A stretch of DNA of 64,000 nucleotides from Flaccisagitta enflata (Eukaryota): NCBI GenBank assembly GCA_965153355.1, contig OZ231126.1, positions 16,058,001 through 16,122,000 on the forward strand, given 5' to 3'. Position numbers and translations under genes: made by a program. Below, in pieces: positions 53,150 to 64,000 of the stretch. The notes under the pieces were generated by a model that ran no database searches, was not told the origin of the DNA, and saw only the letters and a program-made list of their open reading frames with translations. Within the stretch, counting starts at the first letter, position 1; each line of letters opens with the position of its first letter.

Positions 53150-53163
53150 AAAATGGGGCAGAA
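53150..53163 (+). other. Polypurine tract
   Basis: AAAATGGGGCAGAA immediately before the LTR TGT. Confidence 0.7.
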
Positions 53164-54080
53164 TGTTAGAAATGTATGTCCGTCCGTTTCTTAAGTATGT
53201 GTGCTTTTGTTTCTTTTGCGTGCTTTGGCTTTTCTTCTTTCTCTATTATTCAATGCCAGCGTCTTTTGTTTCTCGCCATTTTTTATATTGAACGCTAGAT
53301 GGGTAACCATATGGTTGCGCCTTGTATTTTGTGCCATTTGTTTTTATTACGTAGGCATACATACGTAACTCGTCTTTCGTATCATCCAATTTTTGGATTG
53401 ATTGATTTTATTTATTTGCGGCATTGCTTCCTAAAGTGATTGATTGATTTTTCGTGATTGATTGAATGTGCCCTTGGAATTTACTAATTTCAATAATCTC
53501 TCATCTTTTTATTGCAGATAAACTTATGAACGGACAATTAACGTTAATTTGACTTCGACAGACTGTGGGTTGAAACCAACGAAAGTGGGCCTAAAAGTAA
53601 GTTTTATAGACGCGTCTTTGCTTTTATTAACGTTGTTTTTATCTTGTCTTCCGGTCTGTTATTTTTGTCTTTTGCCCTTTTGCATTTTTATCGCCGGATT
53701 TTAGTATGGTTTTTATCGCTTGCCCGATCAGCTTACTATGGGGATGATATGGATGAATCTAATGGGATAGGCCGGGGCAGGGGCAGGTATTATCAGGTGG
53801 CATGGGCTCTGAAGAAGATGAACATGTTGTCATGTGCTGTTTCTGTCCTTTATTGTGTCCTGTCTCGATTTCATGTTATCTTTTGCGTTTGCTGATCAAA
53901 ATTAACGCCCACTTTCCTTTTCATTTTTCCCCCTCTCTTCAGTTGTTGAAATTTTTATGGAATAAACGAGACGATCGCCTTCCTATTTTCCAATTCGGCC
54001 AACTTTCTTTCACCACAAGTCGTCAGTCAGATAGACGCTCATAGACAGTGCCAGTTGAAACTCGTGGGCGTAATTTATAT
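53164..54080 (+). repeat. 3' LTR of copy B (last ~7 bp missing)
   Basis: Starts TGTTAGAAATG, near-identical to 1-896, and stops at AATTTATAT. Confidence 0.9.
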
Positions 54081-55007
54081 GTAGTAATGTAGATGAATGT
54101 AGGTGAACGAGATGGTTGCAGGTATGCACCACACGTCATTTTATTTTGTAATGGGGAATACTTTTTACATATTTATGATGTCAAGTTTATTGAAATGCAA
54201 GAAACATGCAGGGAAGGTGAACAAGGTTAAACCTTTATTTGTAATTACGTCGGAAATAGTAACGGTTGACCTAGACAATTGTTGAATTTCCTTTTAATGT
54301 TTAATAATCTGTAACTATGTGAAATCTATGAAGATTACATAATTCATATATTTCCATAACCTATATCTAGGTTTTTTCCTGTAACATCGACAAAAAAATA
54401 TAGTTAAAAAAAAACACTGTCTCGACACGACATTTGTATATTATGTCGTCACCTTGACATCATAATAAGAAACATTCGCCATTTAGGTCATAAAGACATA
54501 AAACAGAAAAAGAAATCAGGAAAAGAAGGCTGAGAGGAAGTTCCGAATTCATTATCGTTCGAGATGGAAGAGAAAGAGAATCATTAAGAGATCGATAAAG
54601 AGAGATAGAGAGATGGAGAAAAAGCAAGTGACGCGGGGTCACAATATCGTTGCAGACGAGTGAGCAGGGGCATCCAACCCCCATACACACCCAAACCCAC
54701 CCCCCACACTCAAACATACACAAAAAGTATCCCACTTTTTAACTCGATCACCCCCGATGGACCAACGGACGGACAAAGCCTCTTATAGGGTTGCGTGTCC
54801 GAAACTAAAAAGAAGATCGTCATACGAAATTAAAAGGCGTCAAAAATCCTCAGGAGATTCATGAGAGTCAATTTTCGTGACCTCTTTCATCAATTCTTAG
54901 TGTTTTTTTAAAGAATGTATGATTTTAAGTAAGACGATTGAGGGCGACAGAAACTGACGCGGAGTCGATTTATTCATTCGAATTTGAGTTTTCATGTACA
55001 GATTAAC

Positions 55008-55132
55008 AAACACGGCCAAGTAGGCCAATAAGGTGCAAAGTGTGGATCGTCGAACGAATGCGTTACAGACCGACCGACAGACCAACCAACGGACACAGCC
55101 AGTTATAGATGCGCTTTGTCGCACCTAAAAAA
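55008..55132 (-). mobile_element. Family-A element inserted only in the right arm
   Basis: Same subfamily as 18709-18827; empty site at ~39560-39580. Confidence 0.8.
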
Positions 55133-55657
55133 CGAAATTAACGACATGCACACGACAAACAGTATGCGCAAAGGGGACAAAGGGATTCTTTTAAAGGTAT
55201 GACGAGATCTTTAAACATTGATTTTCCCACCGTATCCCGAGGTTCGAGTTCTGACCCTTGCTTCAAGTTCCTCATCATGAAATCGACGGAAATTGAAAGG
55301 AAGTCTCTGAAACAATCAAAAGCCGCAAAACCCAAATCGATAGATTTGAACCATTTCATTTGCTCCCCGATTAACAAAGCAAGGTTGACCGAGTTTAATC
55401 AACATGCCCAAACAATTAATAACAGAGGACATCGTTCCCTAAAGAGATGCCACGCTTTATCATGCTCGGATTCAAAATGACATATCTTGCTATGATAGAC
55501 ATCTTCGACTTTGTCTACTACAATACAGGATTTGAGGACTTTGTTGCCCGTACTGTATTTTTGTTCAGATTGTAGAAAATTTCAACTAGAAACGATGGGC
55601 CAGGCCAGGGGTGGGGTATAAAAGAGGAGAAAGAAAGCAAGAATGAAAAAAAGCAAG

Positions 55658-55742
<85 letters not shown>

Positions 55743-55959
55743 GACGAAAAAAGAAGGAATGAAAGAAAGAAGGAATGAAAGAATGATGGAAAGAAGGAAA
55801 GAAAGGAATGAAGAAAGAAAGAAATAAAGAAACAACGAAAGAACAAACTACAAAGAATAAAAGAACGAAAGAGAGACAAAGAAAGTAAGAAATACGAAAA
55901 GATGGAAGAGACAAAGAAAGAAAAGAAAGAAAAAAAAAGAAAAGAAAGAAAAGAAAGAA

Positions 55960-55995
<36 letters not shown>

Positions 55996-55996
55996 A

Positions 55997-56084
<88 letters not shown>

Positions 56085-57506
56085 AAAAGACCAATCCATA
56101 TTTTTTTTTTCCCGGTATTGATCGATCAATCCAAGCTGGACCGTCGAGCCGAGTGCACAAGACAAAAATCACTAATCCGAAAGCCAAATTAACGATTTCT
56201 ATAATCGGTGCAGGTGTTGACAACTATGATTTAATCTCAAGTGGCATCAACCTTTATGAACGTACAAGCGGCTGTGCTTCATGTGATAGGATGACGCTTA
56301 CGGCATCTGATACAGTGATACCACATCAGAGTAAGAAGAATGTAAATATCTATTTTTTGAGCAGTCAAAACATTTTATTACCTGGATCTAGTTCATCATG
56401 TCTCAGATAGATTCATTTGAACAAAACACATTTGCATCATTTGCGTTTTTTTCTTTTGAGTTTTTGTCGACAAATCGCTCTGATCTGAATTCCTTTTTTG
56501 CCTCCCATGACTTTGGTCAGCTGCCCAAAAGGGCGGTGGGTCACTGTTATGGACATTCAGATATCAGTCCCCCCCCCCATCCATCAACTTTCTTGCCTTA
56601 GGATGATCACCGAGCCTCTAGGCGTTGATTTGGGCAACTGGGCAAAGAGTGGTGCCAAAGGTCCACAAACCAAAGTAGACCTTAAAGCTTTGATTTAGTC
56701 TTCCATGGCTCTCGATATTTGTGTAAATTCACTACAGTCACAATTACAAGGCGTTGACTAGTAGGCTGGTAACCTCGGTGACTTTTTAGTCGCGTGCTAC
56801 GCGACTCTACACCCCGCTTTGTCGGTCCGTCCGTCGGTCTCTCCATTGATCCGTCCGTCACACATTACTTTTTTTGGGTTTTTGGGGTTTTTGGCCTCAC
56901 CGCTCCTGTCCAAATGATTTGGTGACCTCAACTACGGCTCCTGCCCACCCGCACGCGACTGGGGTAGCCGTTTATCCGGCCTTGTTTTCTAACTTTGTCT
57001 GTACACTGCACAGAGTCTCTGTGATGTCTGAGAGAGAAGCAAAGCTGAGTTCGAGATTTGACTGGGAAATCTGCATTGGTGTCCACTGTATCCATACGGT
57101 TTTGTCATCTGGACGATTGTGATAACATCTTTAATCATAGGAACTTTTCCAGACAAATTGAAAAAGTGGATCGATTCTGATTGTGCTTGTCATACTCAAG
57201 ATGCTCAGTGAAACCCTCAGCCAAAACAAGACGTAGGTCCAAGGTATCTAGTTCGGTTTCTTAATTCATGAATATATTTCTCCAAAGTAAAATAAACATC
57301 CAGTTGACCTGGTATTGACTTTTCAGAGCTGAGCTGAGCTTGGGTCCTTAGTGGAGATTGAAGGTTGCAGAAAAGCGTAATTCTATAACTGACCTGAAGG
57401 TTAGCAACAGACAGACACAGTGGGGTGTTGATGTAGTTCATAGTGAAAACTTCACACCAATAATAAGTGGATGGTGAAAATATTGTACAGTAATGTGGTC
57501 ACATTA

Positions 57507-58048
57507 TGTAGACTTAGACTCGAAAATCTTCCTAGGTCAGTCAGTAGCTCGATCTTTTGCATGGACCTGCTCAGCGCTTTCAATAATGCACTTTTCAAAT
57601 TCCAAGACTCTGGTTCAAATACTTTAGAAGTTATGAGCGTTTGTTTGAACCATTTCAAACTAAAAAGATTCCAGGAGAATCTTTAAACTTTCTTTTGAAA
57701 TATGGCTGACACTAAAATTTTGTAAGTTTTTTTGAAAAAAGTGAAATTACAAGATTTTGGATCTAGGCGAATCAAGCAATTTCCTATCAAACACCACTTT
57801 TTTTTTCGAATAAAAATCCTCATTAAGGGCTTTTTAGGGCCCCTAGGGGCCCCTAAGAAGTTCAAAATTTTGGTCAATGAGATCAACAGAGTTATGTGCA
57901 TATGCCAAGGTATCTTTCAGGAACAAATTCAAGCAGATTAGTTCAAGCTAGAGCTCATGCTGTTACTACCTTTGGACCGGCCGCGTATAAAGGAGAAATA
58001 TGAAAATTCACAAGGACTTAGATTTAGGATCTGAGGTCAATATCTACA
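57507..58048. mobile_element. ~540-bp insertion private to the right arm, TGTAGA...TCTACA ends
   Basis: Absent at the mirror site ~37370; short terminal inverted match. Confidence 0.6.
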
Positions 58049-58544
58049 ATATGGCTGCTGTCCAAAAACGAACTAGATTTTGCTTCTGATGCGTTTGAAC
58101 GAAATTTACCGAACATTGACGTACAAATCCCAAAGCGTCGCTTCCTCTTAATAAAGAAGAAAACAACGATTCATGTAAAAGCTAGAGATTCTAAAGCAGC
58201 ACCGTGAATACCAACGAATCCGACCATGGAATTGACAATCAATACATGAATGGTTCACTCAGCACTTTTGGTGAGTTATAACTTTCAGATCACAGCCAAA
58301 ATGTAAAAAAAACAAGTCCATCACCTTACAGTCGCCTGCGGTTGTTAAGACCAAAAGACCAAATGACCAAAAGACCAAAAAACTAAAAGACCAAAAGACC
58401 ATGTTGCCTAGCTGTGGTAGGTAGGAAAAAATGACTCAGCATAGGGACCTATTCTAGGGTGTTATATTCACCTAGACGGATGTTACTATACATGAGACCA
58501 AAATTTCTGTTGGGATATTTTTGAGAAAACGCCGTAAAAAGTCG

Positions 58545-59060
58545 TAAGATGCCGTAAAAATGGCATTTTTCTAGTTACATGCGATCAAAAATTGTGACTA
58601 GTCAAAAAATGGTCAAACAATGTTCATTTTGTACTGAGACACACTCATGAGACAACTCAAGTCAAGCAAACATGGCGTTTTTTACTATTTTGTGAACTTT
58701 ATGGGCTCAAAAAGAGCAAGTCTAGTAAGAAAATGGTCAAACAATATTTAGTTGGCACTGAGACACACTTCTGCAAAAGTTCAAGTCAAGCAGACATCTT
58801 CTTATATCATTTTTTGCTGTAAATTGCCTTAAACTTGAAAACTACCAGAAAGTAGTCTTGGGGCTTATGACAGACTTTTATGAAAATTTTGAAAAAACAG
58901 TATACTGCTATTTTGTCTTTTTATTATACCGTAAAAGGCCGTATTATGCCGTAAAATGGCATTTTTCTAGTTACATGATTGACTTTGGTCAAAAAATGAT
59001 CAAACAGTGTTCATTTTGTACTGAGACACACTCATGCGACAACTCAAGTCAAGCAGACAT
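58545..59060. repeat. Three degenerate direct repeats (GGTCAAACAATG...CTGAGACACACT...TCAAGTCAAGCA)
   Basis: Copies at ~58610, 58735 and 58998. Confidence 0.7.
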
Positions 59061-59206
59061 CACTTACATCTCAGTCAAATGGTAATTGTTTTCCTGGCTC
59101 AGGATCAAAACAAACCCGGTTGCTAGAATGTGTTACCGTCATTACGTGAATTCATCATTTGGATCTGAATGATCAGGTTTATCTAGTAATAATCATCTTA
59201 CGTATG

Positions 59207-59342
59207 AAACACGGCCAATACCAGTTGCGGACGGGTGGGTAGGGGCGGAAATGTGCGTTTTTACCCTTTTTTGACTCGCGTTCACGGACGGACCGACAGA
59301 CGGACAAAAGCTCCTATAGAGTTGCGTGTCCGCAACTAAAAA
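59207..59342 (-). mobile_element. Family-A element, subfamily AGTTGCGGAC
   Basis: AGAGTTGCGTGTCCGCAACTAAAA end and internal AGTTGCGGACGGG. Confidence 0.7.
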
Positions 59343-61439
59343 CATAGTTTATGATTTCACGAGTGCTCATGCGTGCTCAAGCATGAAACACGCCGGAACA
59401 CCCCAAATCTGAGAACGAAACTGTGATTGTGACTTTTTTCTTGGAAATCGTCGTGACCTTTTTTACCCAAACTTTGAAAGCTGATATCTCATGAACGGAT
59501 TGACCAATTGACTTGATTTTTGTTATGATGACATCATATGACCTTGTCTACTGATGTGTGAAGTTTCAGGAAATTTCAGATAGCGCAACCACCCGAACCA
59601 GCCTACCTACCCAAAAATTTCAAATTAGCGTAGTCAGAAAAATATTTCATGAAATTTTCTGAAATTTTGCACGAACAACCATCCAACCCCTGGACAAATC
59701 CTGGGTAAGTTGAACGGCGATCAGGTAATTACTTTGGCTGTAATTGCATAAAAAAGAGTGAAGGACAAACTGATATAAAAGGATAGCTGCTTTCGTGGGG
59801 AAATATCAAGCTACTTATCATAATCTTTCCAGTTCTATGAAGTTAAGATGAAATAGCTTGGAGCTAGCGATTGTATTTCGTTCCACTCTTCTATCTTGGC
59901 AATAATAAAAAAAAGTTTTTTAAATTAACTCGGTTCTCTGATCAGTTCACAGTAAACAACTCTAGAAGCCTGCACTTTTTTTATGGCGATTTCCCTGTTA
60001 TGCATAATATTTGCTACTTCCATTGTCAAACGGTCAAAGTAAGTTACTACGTAAAGTGACTATGCGCAAAACCTTCAAAACATGTGCCGTAAAGCTAGGT
60101 CTATTCATAGTAAACTTGAAAATGACAGTCTCCGCTATTGCTAGACGACTATCCGCATTTCAAGTACACAGAACAAACTTGCACTACTCAAGTGGAGCAT
60201 ACAGCCGGCAAAGACTGAAAGGACGCATACACTGACTTCAAATCAGAGGCTATCATAATGTCACGGGAAAGCAGGTTGATTGCTTTATCGCCGTCTATCT
60301 TTTCTTATGAGGTTAACTGAAATGTTTTTCAATATCAAATATTTGAGGAAGAGTTCAGGGATAAATGCCATTTATTAAATGGTCTGCGAATCCCCTCGAC
60401 GACAATAAAGCCGAAGTTTTACCAATTTAAAATTTGCCAAAACTTCATGAAACAATCACCAATTAAATTTACTTTACAGAGAGATCAAATTACACTAGAT
60501 CATAGCACGATGTAATTTTAGAGAACTTGTTTGGACATATGTCAAAAGAATTCCTCGTTGATTTGGCAGAGGATTGGGGAAAATTTTTACCTATGCTGCT
60601 CCCTCATTAGCCGCAGTTCTGACTGGGCTTCCAGAGCAGCTCTAAATTCACATGAAGGCCGAGTTTATTTCGATTTTTGAACACAGTTAAATCAATGTTG
60701 AAGGATTTGTAAGCTGGATTGAGGGTAAAGATACGATACAACTACAGAGATGACTCACTCGCTGATACGCACGTCAGGTTTGTTTTATTTTACAAAAGCT
60801 ACGCTACAGTAAAAATCCGTTAACGGGTAAAGAAACCATGCCGATGTCTTGATTTTTTCAAAGAAAGCTGAGATTACAACAGGATAGAAGCTGTGGGAAT
60901 GTTAAGCAACGACACGCCAATTATGAACAACGGAACGTACCTTAGGTTGACGCCGACTTGAACTACCCGTCTGCCACGATTTACGCTCTTTCCACTGGAA
61001 GAGATCGTGAGAGGAGGATCATGTTCCGGAGCGCGAATACGCGTCCCGAACCCATAAGGAGACATGGGACCTCGAACAGTCGGCGACCAAGGCTGAGGAC
61101 TCTGAGGCGTTGGAAATCCCTCCGCACCCTGATGGAAAAATTGATGATAGTCATACATATTAAAATACTTCAACACTTGCCAAAAAGCTTAGCTGAAAAG
61201 TTGTTTTTCTTGTTCCTAGTTCCAAACCTTGATGCTTCCTGTTTCTCATGTGGAAGGTGCTTCATCTGCCTCATCACAATTGCGGATAAAGTTATATACT
61301 GCACATACACTCTCAAGAGAGCAGAAATGCCAGAGATAGCGAAACGAATTTGCGACAGAGGATTGCAAACAATTACCGTTGTCGATTCATCTTGCTCCTT
61401 GGTCTCAGGTAATGTAAAGGGCGAGATGCCATGAAGGGA

Positions 61440-62502
61440 CTTCTTCTCTTGATCACCCTCGGAAACCGTCCATCCCCCCCCCCCGTTGGCCCCAAATTTG
61501 CCCTCCCAGCCCTAAAATTTGCCCTCCCAGCCCTCAATTTAGCCCCCCCAGGCCTCAAATCAGCTTTCCAGGCTTCAGATCAGCCCCCCACCTCAAATCT
61601 GACCTCCAGACCTCAAATCTGCCTTCCAGACCCTCAATTAGCCCTCCAATCATAAAATCAGCCCTCCGTGGCTTAAATTTGCCCTCCAAACCTCAGATCA
61701 GCTCTCCAAGCCTCAATTATGCCCTCCAGCCTTCAAATATGCCTTCAGCGGCCTAAATCAGTCATCTAAGGCCTGAAATATGCCCCCTCAGGACGTATGG
61801 AAATTCCCCCCTGTGTTCTACAGGACATCGGCCCTTTGGGGCCGCTGCCCTGCTCTCACTCCACTTCTTCACTGGATCACTCCCAGCAGGGCATCGGGTA
61901 CCGCTGACCATGTGCGATCCTTGGATGACTAGTTCTTCTTCTTCCTTTTGGGCAGCGGCCCCCGAGGGGCCGATGACCTATGATTCCACATAGGGCAATT
62001 TTCTCCGGTTTCCGTTTTCCGTCCGTCCGTCCGTCCCCCCCTCCCCCAAGCCTCAAATAAAGCCTCTCAGACCCCAAATCAGGCCTTTTCGACTCCAAAT
62101 CAGACCTTTCTGACCCCAAATCAGACTTCTCAGACCTCAAATCAGGCCTCCCAGACCCCAAATCAGGCCTCTCAGACCCCAAATCAGACCTCCCAGACCC
62201 CAGATCAGGCTTCTCAGACCCCAAATTTGGCCGTTCAGATCCAAATCAGGCCTCAGACCCCATGTCAGGCATTTCAGACCCCAAATTAGACCCCTCAGAC
62301 CAAAATAAGGCTTTTCAGACCCCAAATCAAGCCTCTCAGACCCCAAACCACGCCTCTCACACCCTAAATCAGACCTCTCAGTATGTGGAATCATAGGTCA
62401 TCGGCCCCTCCGGGGCCGCTGCCCCTCTCATAATCTCCTCTCCACATACACTAACTTAGGGGCATCGGGTACCGCTGACCATTTAACGCTTTTGCGACTA
62501 TT
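61440..62502 (+). mobile_element. Two tandem family-B elements (~61440-61933, 61946-62502)
   Basis: TTTTGGGCAGCGGCCCC start, (CCGT)n, 21-bp repeats, GGTACCGCTGACCAT ends. Confidence 0.72.
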
Positions 62503-64000
62503 TCTTCTTCTTCTTCTTCTTCTTCTTCTTCTTCTTCTTCTTCTTCTTCTTCTTCTTCTTCTTCTTCTTCTTCTTCTTCATCATCTTCTTTTTCTTCTTT
62601 TTCTTCTTGTCTTTTTCTTTTTCTTCCTCTATTTCTTTTTCTTCTTCTTCTTCTTCTTCTTCTTCTTCTTCTTCTTCTTCTTCTTCTTCTTCTTCTTCTC
62701 CTTCTTCTTCTTCTTCTTCTTCTTGTTTTTCTTTTTTTCTTGTTTTTCTTTTTCTTCTTCTTTTTGTCTTTTTCTTCGTCTTCTTCTCCTTCTTCTTCTT
62801 CTTCTTCTTCTTCTTCTTCTTCTTCTTCTTCTTCTTCTTCTTCTTCTTCTTCTGCTTCTGCTTCTTCTTCTTCTTCTTCCCCTTCTTCTTCTTCTCTAAT
62901 TTTGTTCCGTGCTGGTTGTGTTGTTTGTCATTAGTCTTCTTTATCTCTCCGTTTCTGCTGCTTTGCTCCCAATCGTGCCAATTGGTCTCCTCGACTTTTT
63001 TCTCTTGTTTATCTTTTCTGTTTTCAACGCTCCAATATTAGTGTATCCCTCAAAGCCTTGTTTTCCTTCACTGTTTTGGTTTTGAGTGACCGTGTTAGCT
63101 ACAAAGAGGTCTTCAGTTGGATATTTCAACTGTTTACTATGTTTATATTGATTAACAGAAATTTTAAGCTCGTGACTTCTATTTTTAGTCGCGTGCACGC
63201 GACTCTACACCCCGCTTTGTCCGTCGGTCGGTCGGTTGGTCCGTCACATTTTATTTTTTTTATGACTATTTTTGGACCTCACTGCTCCTGCCCAAATGGT
63301 CTAGAGACCTCAAATATGGCCCCTGCCCACCCGCACGCGACTTCGGTAGCCGTGTATCCGGCCTTGTTTAAGTTTCATTCAGCTAAATCAGGCTAACCTA
63401 CATCAAATTGCGTTAACTTTATGTCAGTATGTGTACCGCTGATGTTGTTCGTGCAATTTCAAAAACAGTAAACAATATTTTCCACACATTTGTGATAATT
63501 CATTGATTAAACCAGAATTCAATTAAAGAGTTTGATAATAAATACAGTTAAAAATACATTGTAGTAAATCAAAGATCAAAAGACGAAATAACGATCAATG
63601 CTTGTGTTTTATGGCAAGCGAATGATATCTTTACAAACATGAGATACAGGGCTGTCTTGAGTCTCAAGTTTAGAACAAAAAAGAAAAATTAGGAACATGA
63701 TGAACTATCTTCAATTCTCAATCGTCATGCAAGTAGGGAAAAATGAAACTCACCAGCAGATAAGTTAGCTAGCCATTTCAATTAAGTATTTCATGTCATT
63801 CAGTAACGCTATGCGACTTGATGAATCAGCACTGCTGATTGTACTGGGTATGACGGTTTGATGGTAGAGAATAAGTTTACAAGCATGCATTCTGTTTTTT
63901 TAGGTATTTTACCGAGCGACCTCTCAAGTAAGTGAACTGACGCTCGCCATTAAAGCAAAAAAGTGAAAAATCATCATGGTGAAATTTCCATTGAATCATT
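62500..64000 (-). repeat. Right arm of outer inverted duplication, including a (TTC)n tract
   Basis: Reverse complement of ~18040-20030; runs off the window. Confidence 0.85.
63182..63369 (+). mobile_element. Family-A element, subfamily AGTCGCGTG
   Basis: TTTTTAGTCGCGTGCACGCGACTCTA, (GTCG)n, GCACGCGACT, GGCCTTGTTT. Confidence 0.78.

Larger units (their letters stand above)
40975..54080 (+). mobile_element. Bel/Pao LTR retrotransposon, copy B (near full length, frameshifted)
   Basis: LTR-gag-PR-RT-RNaseH-IN-extra region-PPT-LTR order, with integrase after RNase H and triple Gag knuckles. Confidence 0.93.
54077..58400 (-). repeat. Right arm of inner inverted duplication
   Basis: Reverse complement of 37020-40486 plus two private insertions. 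Confidence 0.92.

Noticed and set aside
37020-58400. Inner inverted arms as TIRs of a giant transposon (Maverick/Polinton-like)
   Set aside because: No defined termini or TSD, no polymerase or capsid genes, and the interior is just an LTR element; segmental duplication fits better.

Overview
Repeat-rich animal (invertebrate-like) genomic DNA; the species cannot be identified from the sequence. Two host genes can be reconstructed by hand: an 11-coding-exon CCDC102A-like coiled-coil gene (+, 7157-17894, ~1179 aa) and a divergent 3-exon rhodopsin-class GPCR (-, 32089-30699, ~315 aa). There are two copies of a Bel/Pao LTR retrotransposon: a 3'-truncated copy at 1-6120 and a ~13 kb copy at 40975-54080 whose LTRs do not match each other. 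The family has a Q-rich Gag, a conserved in-frame UGA-C plus hairpin at the gag/pol junction, and an extra ORF region after pol. Other elements are a young CR1-clade LINE fragment with a 35-bp flanking direct repeat, several TIR MITEs including a multi-level nest at 32.2-36.7 kb, and about 20 Helentron/DINE-like non-autonomous elements of two families, some with satellites growing inside them. The window is also a large imperfect palindrome (37.0-40.5 kb vs 54.1-58.4 kb; 18.0-20.0 kb vs 62.5-64.0 kb). At one identical site in the outer arms, the two copies carry different Helentron-like elements. All coordinates and alignments were read by eye and no database searches were run.
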